Positions 38,266 through 50,994 of a stretch of 64,000 bases of DNA are shown one piece after another (within the stretch, counting starts at the first letter, position 1; each line of letters begins with the position of its first letter). Where the stretch lies: contig NC_135814.1 of assembly GCF_964213995.1 (NCBI RefSeq), positions 103,726,001-103,790,000 of the forward strand. The letters are read 5' to 3'. The notes under the pieces are model-generated. The model was given only the letters and a program-made list of their open reading frames with translations. It ran no database searches and was not told the DNA's origin. The position numbers were made by a program, and so were the translations under genes. Source of the stretch: Mustelus asterias. Taxonomy: Eukaryota.

Positions 38266-38644
38266 GTAAAAAAATAGCAATTTTCATCCAGTTCCAGAGA
38301 AATGCTTCAGTCTAGACAGAAAGATTAAAAATCTCCTGCATTGCAAATCTTTTGCAAAGCAGCTACACCAGATAAAGATGCCAGATACAGGCTCTGGATC
38401 CAGAATTGGAAATTTATTTCCCCCCTCATTTCTCCAACTACTGTAAATGGGACTGAGCTGCTGTACAGACAGCATGGACTTAATGGGCCAAGTGGCCTCA
38501 TTGTGCTGTAATGACACTGACTCTAAATGCTCAGAAGAAGTGTTGCCTGTAGGCGTGTATACTGGAGAGAAACATACTGACACACAAAGTCAAGACCCCG
38601 TATTCAAATTCATCATAAATCTCCAACATCCTAGGTAGCTTTTT

Positions 38645-38845
38645 GGAGTCACCGAGGTTTACAGCATGGAAACAGGCCCTTCGGCCCAACTTGCCCATGC
38701 TGCCCAGTAAGCCAGTCCCAATTGCCCACATTTCCCTCTATACCCATCTTACCCATGTAACTATCTAAATACTTTTTAAAAGACAAAACTGTACCCGCCT
38801 CTACTACTGCCTCTGGCAGCTCGTTCCAGACACTCACCACCCTCT
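38645..38845 (-). mobile_element. CR1 3' fragment
   Basis: RVVSVWNELPEAVVEAGTVLSFKKYLD plus tail. Confidence 0.9.
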
Positions 38846-39489
38846 TCGTCTTCAGGACACTGGTCCCATGTTTCACTATAAGGCTATTCTATACCAAAAC
38901 TGGTGTTACAAAAAGAAAATCAACTTAGCAGCTGATAATATCTTTGAGATATTCTGTGCGATTGTAAAATCCAACAATTTATAAAAAGCAACCATGTTTC
39001 TGAACAAAGATTTTAAATTTTTAATGAAGGCTTTTCATACAAAAATATTAATAGACTGGCAGAACTCCATGCTCTTATGCAAAGGGACGCCTGCGTCGAG
39101 AATATGGCTGTGGTGTCTTGTTGCTAACCTGGTCTGTGCTGTCTAGGAACATCCACTAAACTGTAGCTCCTTACAAACGGCTGAGATCAATCACAACCAG
39201 CATGAAGGAGGAATTTTAGTGCGTGGAAGTTTTGTAATGTTGGTCCTCGTCTTCTTGAATGGTAATGCCTATTTTGGGAAACTACGTTCCCCATTTCTGG
39301 TATCTCCCACAAGTGGAAACATTCTCTCACCAGCCATCCTATTAAGTCCCCTCAGGATCACATACGTTTCTAGGGGAAGGATGCACCAGTGGAATATATC
39401 TTTGTTGAGCATTATGAAATACTTCCTTAAATGTCTGCTATCTGCATCTCTACCATCCTACCCATTCGCTTTGTACTTTTCTACAGAAG

Positions 39490-39848
39490 GTATAAACATC
39501 AAGTGGATAACGAAAGGATCTTTCCCTTTGTAGGAAAGACTAGAACTAGGGTACATGCTTTAAAAATAAAAGGCCTTCCATTTAAGACAGGGATGAGAAT
39601 TTTTCTCTCAGAGGGCTGTGAATCTTTGGAATTCTCTTCCTCAGAGAGCAGTGGAGGCAGGGTCAATTAATATTTTTACGGCAGAGGTATATAGATTCTT
39701 GACTAAGAGGAGAATCAAACCTTATTGGGGGTGGGCAGAATGTGGAGTTGAGACCAGAATCAGATCGGCCATGATATTATTGAATGGCGGAGCAGGCTTG
39801 AGGGGTTGAAAGTTTACTCCTGTTCCTAATTCATATGTTCATATGTAT
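39490..39848 (+). mobile_element. CR1 3' fragment
   Basis: VDNERIFPFVGKTRTR, NLWNSLPQRAVEAGS; tail tcctaattcatatgttcatatg. Confidence 0.85.
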
Positions 39849-41219
39849 GCAAGTGACTGCCACCCAATAATACTGGCCCTCAAGCTGCAACTTAAATTTG
39901 GACTTGCAGGTACCCCTGTTTGTTGAGTCAAAGGGAGCAGTAAGATTGATTCATCACATCAGATCATAGAATCCCGACAGTGCAGATTAGGACTAGGATA
40001 AGGTAATCACTTCCATAAGGCCACACAGGAACAGAACAGACCAGACAACATTCAGGTCACCTAAACAATTCCAGCTCCTGCAAGTCCACCTGACTAACAC
40101 CAAGTCCAGCTCCAAGTGATGGAAGCAGCAAACCAGTCAATTCGGAGATGTACACAGTAAAGCAGCTTGTAGTAAACTTATTAAGCAAATTATTTTATTC
40201 ACAGATTAACGACTCTAGGATAGAGGATAGCACTAACCTCCATTTACTACAGACAATTTCAAGTCTCTTCTGTAGTTCTGCAAACCCCTATCTCAAGTAT
40301 CTGCATATTCCTCTTAGCACAGCAGACTTCTCACTCACCAGTTTACCATGGGTGCTTCTTTAGCCACCACTTTGCCTTGCATATTCCTTCCCTTTGTTTC
40401 CCAACCTGCCTTCTTCATTGCCCAGTTCTTCCTTGTTTCAAAATTCGGAAATGTCTGCCTACATGTGAGAAGTGCAATAGAAGTGCAAGTTGGTACCACC
40501 TTACTTTCAGGCTGTTCTTTGTCCCATCATGGCTTTGCCTGAGTATTACACTAATGTCAAAAAAAACACAGCAAACAGATAGAGCTCAAGAGACATTGAC
40601 CCAATTTCAATAATTCTCCCAAGAGGAGTAAACTTTAAACTAAATCTATAAATATACCATACTGAAACACACCTCAAAACAACCTCATCAGATGCTGTGG
40701 TGAACTAGCAGAGCTTTAAACTGGTTTTACACAACTTCTGGATATCTCTCAATTCTCTGACAATGTTCTGCTTAAAGCTTCCACCCTTAAGGTCCCTCAT
40801 AGGAAAACCAGCACAAGATCTATCCAGCACGTATGCTCCATGCTCAACATAACTATCCAACAGATTTCTGCCAACTCTCAAAGAGCATGCCAGAGCTCCC
40901 TAAAATTCTTTTACTCCCAGAGATAAATGACTTCCTCTATCTAAAGTACTGGCGCAAATCCCAGAACTAGAGTACATTACATCAGCCTGAACGTGGAGCG
41001 AAACATTTCAGCCTGGAATACTTTCACTTATCAGAAAACAAGATATTTATATTTTATTTTAAGTAGGTTTTGAGATCGGTTATTCTCTTCCTAACGCTAA
41101 TCACTTGATCATGGCGTTTTCTTCAATTCCTCATCTTAAATCAAAAGCAGGCTAACACTCAAATGTTCCTAATTGTTTTTTTCTTTAACAGCGCTATACA
41201 GATAGGAATAGATTATGAT

Positions 41220-41551
41220 GATTATCATAGAATCCCACATGCGTATCATAGAAAGGAGGCCATTTGGCCCATTGAGTCTGCACCAACCGCAATCCCACCC
41301 AGGCCCCATCTCCATAGCCCAATGCATTTACCCTAGCTAGTTCCCCTGACACTAAAGAGCAATTTAGCATGGCCAATCCACCTAACCTGCACATCTTTGG
41401 ACTGTGGGAGGAAACCGGAGTACCCAGAGGAAACCCACACACACATGGGTAGAATGTGCAAACTCCGCACAGTGACCCAAGCCGGGAATTGAACCCGGGA
41501 CCTTGGCACTGTGAAACAGCAGTGCTAACCACTGTGCCACCATGCCGCCCT
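41220..41551 (-). mobile_element. HE1-like SINE (tail A)
   Basis: Reverse complement of the consensus. Confidence 0.9.
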
Positions 41552-42419
41552 CATAGATATCATAATTTTATATCATAATTTTTTAAACTCTACATAAAAA
41601 GATCATGTAATTTAACCAATTCAGCATAAAAACATGCCACATCTCCAACTTTTCGTTGTGGAATTAAAACACAAACATCATCGTACATATTAAGGAACAG
41701 AAATTAATACTACATGTCTCCAGAGTTCAATGGAATTAGGAAGTAACATGTTTTTCCCCTTCACTGAAAACACTCAAGACTCCCAGGACATGGTTACGGA
41801 ATATTTCCCTAAATATAGCAAATGCAGTCAAAGCCAGGATCTGTAATTACAAGTTCAATGTTATAACGGTCAACATAAATGGTCAATGACACATGGTTTC
41901 CTTCAGAGTGAATGGTAAACACTTCCAGGTTTTGCAATAAGATAGATAAAACTTCAAGCTACTTAATGGCCAAATTCAAATATACCTTACTACTGGCTGC
42001 AAAGAATGCAATATCCTTCTGGATACAGAGAAGTAAACTTGTTACTGAGCTAATCACAGCGCATCAACAATCTCATCAATTTTAGACCTCTTTACCATAT
42101 AATTTTTAACATAATCACTTTTGTACTGGCATTAGGCTTTGGCATTAGTTCCCAGTGACCCAGTGGAAGGGTAGTATCTGTTTGTATTGCAGGTCTTCAC
42201 ACTCCTCTCCCTCGGTGGTTGGTGTGGAGCTGGAAAGATTGTGCAGCTTAAGGTCATACAGATCAGTGGCCCCCAGGTTCATTCCTCAGTCTGTGGTCAG
42301 TTAGTAGCATTAAGAGCACTATAATGATCAGTTATAGCTTAGCAGTTGCATCTTCGCAGTGAAGTCAGAAGGATATGTACACTCACCCACCCCAGAAACT
42401 TGACCACATAAGCTAGACA

Positions 42420-43280
42420 GGCATAAGGAAATTTGGCATGTCAGCTACGACTCTCACCAACTTTTACAGATGCACCATAGAAAGCATTCTTTCTGGTTGT
42501 ATCACAGCTTGGTATGGCTTCTGCCCTGCCCAAGACCGCAAGAAACGACAAAAGGTCGTGAATGTAGCAAGGGGGCATAATTACAAGGGGGCATAACTAT
42601 AGGGCATAATTACAAGGGGGCATAACTATAGGGTTCATGGTGGGAGATATAGGAAGGATATCAGAGGTAGGTTCTTTACGCAGAGAGTGGATGGGGTGTG
42701 GAATGGACTGCCTGCAGTGATAGTGGAGTCAGACACTTTAGGAACATTTAAGCGGTTATTGGATAGGCACATGGAGCACACCAGGATGATAGGGAGTGGG
42801 ATAGCTTGATCTTGGTTTCAGATAAAGCTCGGCACAACATTGTGGGCCGAAGGGCCTGTTTTGTGCTGTACTGTTCTATGTTCTATGTAGCCCAATCCAT
42901 CACGCAAACCAGCCTCCAATCCACTGACTCCATCTACATTTCCCGCTGCCTCGGCAAAGCAGCCAGCATAATTAAAGACCCCACGCACCCCGGACATTCT
43001 CTCTTCCACCTTCTTCCGTTGGGTAAAAGATACAAAAGTCAGAGGTCACGTACCAACCAAATCAAGAACAGCTTCTTCCCTGCTGCCATCAGACTTTTGA
43101 ATGGACCGACCTTGCATTAAGTTGATCTTTCTCTACACCCTAGCTATGACTGTAACACTACATTCTGCACTCTCTCCTTTCCTTTTCTATGAATGGTATG
43201 CTTTGTCCGTATAGCGCGCAAGAAACCATACTTTTCACTGTATACTAAGACATGTGACAATAAAATAAATCAAATCAAAA
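42420..43280 (+). mobile_element. Rex1/Babar-like LINE 3' fragment interrupted by a CR1 3' fragment (42569-42884)
   Basis: Rex1 sequence breaks at gaatgtagc and resumes at atgtagcccaatcc (7-bp repeat); tail aataaatcaaatcaaa. Confidence 0.9.
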
Positions 43281-43281
43281 A

Positions 43282-43630
43282 CATTTCAGTGTGGTACCGA
43301 ACGGGTGCTGCATTGTCAGAAGTGCTAGCTTTCAGACAAGATGGTAAAGCAAGGCCCAGTCTCCCCTCTCAGGCAGGTGTGAAAAGATCCCATGGCACTA
43401 TTTAGTACAACAGCAGGAGAGTTCTGGCTAATTTCTATCTCCAAGACCAACACTGATACCAAACTATCGGGCCATTAATACAGTGCAGCTTGCCAGACCT
43501 TAAAGTACACTAAACTGGCTTCCACGTTTCCCGGATTACTACAGAAACCAATGCTTCGAAAAGTACTTCATTGGCTGGAAACGTTTTGGGATGACCATGA
43601 AGGCACTTTATAAGTGGAAGTTTTTCTATT
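43282..43630 (+). mobile_element. Deu-domain SINE body and tail (head at ~42330-42419, split by Rex1)
   Basis: ctctcaggcaggtgtgaaaagatcccatggcactattt...aagtacttcattggctggaaacgttttgggatg...gaaggcactttataagtggaag. Confidence 0.7.
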
Positions 43631-44589
43631 TATCTTTCTAATGATGTGCAGCACTGTTGGGCTCAACCCTTGTGCTCTCATTCCTAATCATCATCCAGTA
43701 ACATCTACTTCACACAAGACTACTCAGTTAAGACATCATTAGAGTTAACTGGCCTGATAACATTTCAGATCATACACTAAGGTATTGGGGGTTGCAGGTA
43801 TTCATTGAAAGAGAGCCCAGCACCTTCAGCAGGGGAAGGAGGATAATTCATATGAAGGTATAATTTTAATATAGAAGAAATGATAATTTGGCTTATATGT
43901 GGAAGCTTTTTGAAGCAGTCTAGAAAGCACTGCAGTACAGATAGTGAACATAAAATAGTCTGAAATTTCATTCGACCCATATACAAGAATGCCATTAGTG
44001 CTACTTGATAGCAAGAACCATTTGGGATTTTTTTCCAGTTACATGCCCTGGTTTTATAAACTATTGCAAACTGCAATTTAAATTACTCAAAGTTAATATT
44101 TCACACTGCGCTCTGAAATAGAAAGATGGAGTTCATTTATCTGTGTATCCTTCCTATAATCTTATGAGCCAACCTGCAAAAGCTTTGCAGGAAGTGGCAT
44201 GTAATGAGTGCTGCAAGTGTAGTATATAAGTAACTAATTATTCCCATACAGAACCCCCTCAGGAATAATTATCAGTTTAGACAAACATTATCGTACACCA
44301 GACCTTGAAGACATTACGGATTCTAAAACAGCCGTAGCCATTAGTAGCAATGCCACAAGAGGTTATCAAATGAGCCTCACAACGCTCCATGTGGCATCTT
44401 GTGTCTGGATTACTCCCTGCAGAGGAAGAAACAAATGTAGGTCATTGGTCACTCAAAGCTTTGAAAAAAACCAGCACTATTTCTAACCTTCTTCGGAAAC
44501 CCCCACTCTGCAATACCCCTTCACCCCCAGAAGAGACTTGCAGAGCAATCCGTATGCACAAACCTCCATTATTTTCATTAAGAGTAGCA

Positions 44590-44905
44590 AGAAAAATATT
44601 TAAAATAAGCAACTTGCATTTTACTTAACACCTTTTAGCAGCTTCAGGAGCGCTTCACAGCGAATGAAATACTTTTTAATTGTATTTACTGCTATAACAT
44701 AGGGGAACATGGCAGCCAAATTGGACACAGAAAACTCCCACAACAGCAAGGAGATAAGTAACCAAATATTTAAGTGCTGTTGGTTGAAAGATAAATACTG
44801 GCCAAGACACTGGGAAATCCCCCTTCCTTTTCCAATAGCACTGTAGGGCGTTTTACATTCATTTGGAGGGGCAGGTTGGACCTTGGCTTAACCTCACTCA
44901 AAAGT
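44590..44905 (-). mobile_element. Deu-domain SINE remnant
   Basis: caacttgcattttacttaacacc...ggcagccaaattggacacag...gataaatactggccaagacactggg. Confidence 0.65.
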
Positions 44906-44983
44906 TTATTTCAGAAACTAGTCAAGGTGCTTGAATAAGATGCAAAACCAAAACACAATCAAGTCCATAACCGTGCACGCACC

Positions 44984-45292
44984 TAGAATCCTACAGTGCA
45001 GGAGGAGGCCATTCGGCCCATCGAGTCTGCACCGACCACAATCCCACCCAGGCCCCATCCCCACAATCCCATGCATTTTCCCTAGCTGGTCCCCTTGACA
45101 CTAAGGGGCAATTTAGCATGGCCAATCCACCTAACCCGCACATCTTTGGAATGTGGGGGGAAACCGGAACACCCGGAGGAAACCCACACAGACACGGGGA
45201 GAATGTGCAAACTCCACACAGATAGTAACCCAAGTTAGGAATTGAACCCGGGACTCAGGCGCTGAGAGGCAGCAGTGCTGACCACTGGGCCC
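44984..45292 (-). mobile_element. HE1-like SINE (tail A)
   Basis: Reverse complement of the consensus. Confidence 0.9.
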
Positions 45293-45477
45293 AATTCCTA
45301 CTTCAAGTTCTTCATTTCATCAAGTTCAAAATCACTACTATCTTTACACCATTACACCGCCACCTAAAAGTTTTCTAAAAAGTTGTTTTGAATTCCTCTC
45401 ACTGGTCCTGCAAGCTTTTCTCCCAGTTTTGTATTAATCTGTGTGCATACTGCTTTGTAACTTAATGCCAGTCCTTT

Positions 45478-46330
45478 ATAAGAACATATGAAATAAGAGC
45501 AAGGGTAGATCACATGGCCCGTTGAGTTTGCTCCGCCATTCAATACGATTATGGGTGACTGTAGTTTTCACCTCCACTTTTCTACCCACTCCTTATATCC
45601 CTCGATTCCCTAATAGACCAAAAAAGTGCATCAGTCTTAAATGTATAAATGATGGATCATCCACAACCCCCTCGGTAGAGAATTCCAAAGATTCACAACT
45701 GAATGAAGTATTTTCTCTTCACCTTAGTCCTAAATGATCAGCCCTTAGCCTGAAATTGCGCCCCCACCTTTTAGATTCCCTGGCCAGGAGAAAACAATTT
45801 CTCAGTATCTACCCTATCAAGCCCCTCAGAATCTTGTATGTTTCAATGAAATCGTCTTTCATTCTTCTAAACGTCAAGAGAATATAGACCGAATTCACTC
45901 AGCCTCTCATCACAGGACAACCCCATTCACCCTTGGACCAATTTAACAAACTTTCACTATACCACCACCACTGCAAGTATATTCTTAAATGTGGAGACCA
46001 AAACTGCACACAATATTCCAAATGTCACAACACCAGGTTAAAGTCCAACAGGTTTATTTGGAATCACGAGCTTTCGGAGCACTGCTCCTTAATCAGGTGA
46101 CTCACCTGAAGAAGGAGCAGCGCTCCGAAAGCCCGTGATTCCAAATAAACCTGTTGGACTTTAACCTGGCGTTGAGAGACTTCTTACTGTGTCCACCCCA
46201 GTCCAACGCTGACATCTCCACATCATGTATTCCAAATGTGGTCTCACCAAAATCCTTCACAATTGAAGCAGGACATCTTTATTCCTACAATCTCCTTGCA
46301 ATAAAGGCCAACATGCCATTTGCCTTCTGA
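45478..46330 (-). mobile_element. Older CR1 3' fragment hosting a P2 element
   Basis: Tail ataagaacatatgaaataagagc; minus-strand LVRPHLEY/CVQFWSP remnant split at 46025/46228. Confidence 0.8.
46026..46227 (+). mobile_element. Palindromic Penelope-like mini-element (family P2) with two back-to-back hammerhead motifs
   Basis: ~74-bp arms centred on ggtgactcacc; 12-bp direct repeat tattccaaatgt at 46014-46025 and 46228-46239; plus-strand motif TCAC-CTGAAGA-A-GGAGC-AGC-GCTCC-GAAA-GCCC-GTGA at 46102-46138 and its mirror on the minus strand. Confidence 0.8.
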
Positions 46331-46689
46331 AGATAAATTATAACATGGGATTCAAACTAAATGGGGGGGGGGGTGGAGTTGGGGTACACAAGCCAATGAT
46401 CCCAGAAAGGCAGGACACAATCTCTTCTTCTTCCTTCTTTATTCCCTTGAAACCAAAAACTGCTGCTTGTGAGAATAAACAGGGCAGTGGAGGTGGGAAG
46501 TGAAGTGGGGCAGGTGCTTGAAAGACTAAGAAGTTGCTATGTGTTGCTTGTTATAGCATTTTGAATGCCAGTCAGAAAATGTGCTTCCAATCCAATGCGT
46601 TAGTTTCAAAGATAAATGTTGCCACAAAAGCGAAGGCGGAGGGCTTTCGACACATAAGATCTTACAGGCTGCAACAAGATAACTGGGCA

Positions 46690-46915
46690 TGAAAACAGAA
46701 AATGCTGGAAACACTCAGCAGGTCAGGCAGCACGTGTTGAGGGAAAATCAAGAGTTTCAGGTCGATGATCTTCGTTAGAACCCATGTGTTAAGTTGGGAT
46801 GAAAGGTCATCGACCTGAAACATTATCTCTGTTTTTCTCTCCACTGCTGTCTAACCTGCTGAATATTTCCAGCATTTTCCGTTTTAATTCCAGATTGTTA
46901 GCACTTACAGTATTC
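46690..46915 (+). mobile_element. Palindromic family P1 element with degenerate hammerhead motifs on both arms
   Basis: aaaacagaaaatgctggaaacactcagcagg ... cctgctgaatatttccagcattttccgtttt; GATGA-A-AGGTC-ATC-GACCT-GAAA-CATT at 46798-46824 and a mirror at ~46752-46780. Confidence 0.7.
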
Positions 46916-47002
46916 TAATTTTCTGCTAAGATGACAAGACAATCTGTTATTTTGGGTTTTGACGATGCTGATTAAAAGAAGAATTCCATGATGCTAAAAG
47001 AT

Positions 47003-47298
47003 GACACAGTGGTTAGCACTGCTGCCTCACAGCTCCAGGGACCCGGGTTCAATTCCCTGCTTGGGTCACTGTTTGTGTGGAGTTTGTACATTCTCTCCGT
47101 GTCTGCGTGGGTTTCCTCCAGGTGCTCTGGTTTCCTCCCACAGTCCAAAGATGTGCAGGTTAGGTGAATTGCCCCTTAGTATCCCAGGATGTGTAGGTTA
47201 GAGGGATTAGTGGGGTAAATATGTGGGGTTGTGGGCATAGGGCCTGGGTGGGATTGTGGTAGGTGCAGGGCCTCCTTCTGCACTGTAGGGATTCAATG
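47003..47298 (+). mobile_element. HE1-like SINE (tail A)
   Basis: Consensus with small deletions. Confidence 0.88.
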
Positions 47299-47959
47299 AA
47301 ATCACTTTTTTGAATAATGTTGCAGGAACAGAACCAGCAAAATTGGTTTAACAGCTCATTCAAAGATCAGCATCTTCAACACCAGCGATCTCTCAGTACT
47401 GAGCTGAAATCTGTTTCACAGAGTCCTAATTAGAAAATGCAATACAAGAATTCTTATGAATGAACATGTTAGCCTTGTAAATTCAGCTGTGAAGATTCAT
47501 TAACATAGCAGTTCATACTGTGCAGAGCTGGGGAGAAATCTTTATTGGAAAGTCATTAACAGTTTTTTTTAAATTTAAAACCATTACTGGGGATTCTGGT
47601 CCAGTGACAGGGGATTGAAGTTAAACCTTTCTGCAAGTTGCAGCATGATGGGAGATCAGGAACACCAGCGCCATGTCAGAGCAAATTCTAACACCGGCCC
47701 AGGCAGTCTGACATGCTGCCTTTATGCATATCAAAACATACCTAAACTTTTCAATTGACAGAAGTGATTCCACAAGCAGTATTACCTGATCAACTGGCAT
47801 AGATACCAGCTGCTCTGCAATAGGGTAGAATTCTCTGCACTGCAAGTTGCTACAGACAAACATCAGTGCACACAGTTTTCAAACCATGCAACAAAATGAA
47901 CAGTTGACATTACAATGGCATCAAATCTTTTAGCACAGGCACAATATTAGATTACACTT

Positions 47960-48580
47960 CTTGGTTTTTGATTTATTGTCACATGTATTAACATACAGTG
48001 AAAAGTATTGTTTCTTGCGCGCTATACAGACAAAGCATACCGATCATAGAGAAGGAAACAAGAGTGTGCAGAATGTAATGTTACAGTCACAGCTAGGGTG
48101 TAGAGAAAGATCAACTTAATGCAAGGTAAGTCCATTCAAAAGTCTGACAGCAGCAGGGAAGAAGCTGTTCTTGAGTCGGTTGGTATGTGACCTCAGGCTT
48201 TTGTATCTTTTTCCCAGTGGAAGAGAGAATGTCCGGGGTGCGTGGGGTCCTTAATTATGCTGGCTGCTTTGCCGAGGCGGCGGGAAGTGTAGACAGAGCC
48301 AATGGATGGGAGGCTGGTTTGCATGATGGAATGGGCTACATTCACGACCTTTTGTAGTTCCTTGCGGTCTTGGGCAGAGCAGGAGCCATACCAAGCTGTG
48401 ATACAACCAGAAAGAATGCTTTCTATGGTGCATCTGTAAAAGTTGGTGAGGGTCGTAGCTGACAGGTCAAATTTCCTTAGTCTTCTGAGAAAGTAGAGGC
48501 GTTGGTGGGCTTTCTTAACTATAGTGTCGGCATGGGGGGGTCAGGACAGGTTGTTGGTGATCTGGGCACCTAAAAACCTG
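47960..48580 (-). mobile_element. Rex1/Babar-like LINE 3' fragment
   Basis: Reverse complement of the 57800-58417 region (IVKKAHQRLYFLRRLRKF...). Confidence 0.9.
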
Positions 48581-48889
48581 AAGGTGGCCACTGATGAATT
48601 GGCACTAGGGTCAAGGAGAGTGGCTGAAGATTCAACCGGTACCAACAAAATTAACAAAGTGGTCCTAACATTGATATTTAGAGGGTTAAAAGCAGCTCAA
48701 ACTACTGTGTGGCTAAGTTGGGTTCTGCAGACAAAATGGTTTCTGTAATTTCTTCAACTATTTTGTTCTCCCCCCACAAGGTGTAGACGCACTGACATTG
48801 TATCTCGCCATTTCTCACATGGAGCCCAAATAGTGAACATTGAGTGAATCAACTGAGAGGTAAGCATAGCAGAGCATATAACTGTCCAG

Positions 48890-49228
48890 TCATAGAATCC
48901 TTACAGTGCAGAAGGAGGCCATTCAGCCCATCGGGTCTGCACCGACAACAATCCAACCTAGGCTTATCCCCGTAACCCCACACATTTACCCTGCTAATCC
49001 CTCTAACCTATGCATCCCGGGACACTAAAGGGGCAATTTAACATGGACAATGCACCTAACCCGCACATCTTTGGACTGTGGGAGGAAACCAGAGCACCTG
49101 GAGGAAACCCACGTAGACATGGGGAGAACATGCAAACTCCACGCAGACAGCGACCTAAGCCGGGAATCGAACCAAGGTCCCTGGAGCTGTGAGGCAGCAG
49201 CGCTAACCACTGTGACACTGTACTGCCC
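48890..49228 (-). mobile_element. HE1-like SINE (tail A)
   Basis: Reverse complement of the consensus. Confidence 0.9.
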
Positions 49229-49649
49229 ATTGTCACAATTGGAAGTGGATCAGGAGTGGGAACACTGGCTGTTTTTCATTCTTGTCCAACTCAGCCACAG
49301 CAAGGCTGTAACTTCTAGACAATGTACCAGATATCCAAAACCTTTGTGCAATTATATCCTGCATTCAACTGTACAATATCTATACCAAGAAATTCAGAAT
49401 CAAAGCTCAAAATGCACAGCAGTCTGCAAGATAAACAGATTGTTGAACTACAGATCTAAAACAGGACTAGTCAGAGGAATTGGTGAACAAACTGATCTAG
49501 TCGCACTACTCGTGATACTTTGCCCAACTCTGGTTATCTGAGAAACGCAAGGACTACAAGAATTCCAAGTTTTAAAATTCACTGTAAAGAGACATGGGAG
49601 AAACCGAGGCTATTCAGCTTTGAAAGAAAGCACCTAGTTTTTTTTTGTT

Positions 49650-50000
49650 TAGATGTCTTGTGTGCCTATCTCAAATTGTCCTTGAACTGAGTGGCTTGCT
49701 AAACTATTATTTCTGAGGCAGTTCTGAAAGTCCAGACCCATTGCTGTGGGCCTGGAGTCACATAGGCCAGATCGGTAAGGAGAGCAGATTTCCTTCCCTA
49801 AAGGACCATCAGTGAACCAGATGGGTTTTTACAACAATTGATGATAGTTTAATGGTACCATTACGGAGACTAGCTTTCAATCCCAGATTTTATTAACTGA
49901 ATTTAAATTCCACCAGCTGCCACTGTGGGGTATGAGCCTTTTATCCAAGCCTCTGGATTACTAGTCCAGTGACATTACCACTAACACCACCATCATCCCT
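49650..50000 (-). mobile_element. Second-family tRNA-derived SINE
   Basis: ctggattactagtccagtgacattaccact head (reverse) and ctggagtcacataggccagatcggtaagg body. Confidence 0.7.
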
Positions 50001-50994
50001 TAATTTACCAACGGACTCGGTCAAGTAAAGTCAGAAAACAGAACTAAACCAAGAACTTGGGACAAGGGGACACATTCAAACTCAAACTACAAATTTAGGA
50101 CTAATATTGGGAAGTTCCTCCCACAGTGTGAACACCACATGGACTGGATTTCCACATATAAAAATGGAGGTGGAAATGCTGGAATCATTCAAGTAACAGG
50201 ATAGTTCAACTAGATAAACTAAAATAGATCAAAATTTGCTTCTCAGCTGTACCTCCAATGATAACTAGTTAATACAGCAATTTCTCGCCATGCCACTTAC
50301 CTCCCTTCCCCCAAAAGAATGCTGCTCACTTATATCATTTGAAGCCTCCAAAATAAAATCTAGCCACCCATACACTATCACTAATGCCCTGTGTGAGTCT
50401 ACATGTAATTCTAAACATGCCTGGTCACAGTCAGGGGAACTCAAATTTAAGTACAGAACAAAAGTATTTTTCTGGTGCCAACTCAATATCACAGCTGATC
50501 CCAATCCTTGCCAATTCCCCAGAATCTTGAATAATTTATTTTTATTTAATTTCCCCTTAAATGTTGCAATTGACTCAGCTTTGAGAGCCAGTTGCATTCC
50601 ATGTTTCACCTCAGGATTCCCAGGCTACGGACAGGTGAGGACGTAACATTTTTTAAAAAAAATTAACTGGGTTTCCAGGTAACAGAATCCTGTGCTGCTC
50701 TACCTTCAAACATTCCCTGGATTGAAACAGACTGCTTGGGGTTGGTTAGGATACTCTCAAAATTGACAACTTGCCAAATCTCAGTCTCACCTCAAATAAA
50801 GACCAAAAATAGCTTAAGAGTATCTGAGGTTGCACAGTCTTTCCCCATGCCCCTAAAGGTAGGTCCTTAATTAATTTGCATATCAAGGGTTTTTTCTCTT
50901 GCCAAAGCACATGCACATGTAGAGTCTCAATTACAGTATAGTGCTTCCTCTCTGTGTAAAAATAGGCAACACAAACATCTGCTGTAATATATTA

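Noticed and set aside
37535-39345. Inverted similarity between 37535-37600 and 39290-39345
   Set aside because: Short, diverged and explainable as two CR1-family fragments in opposite orientation.
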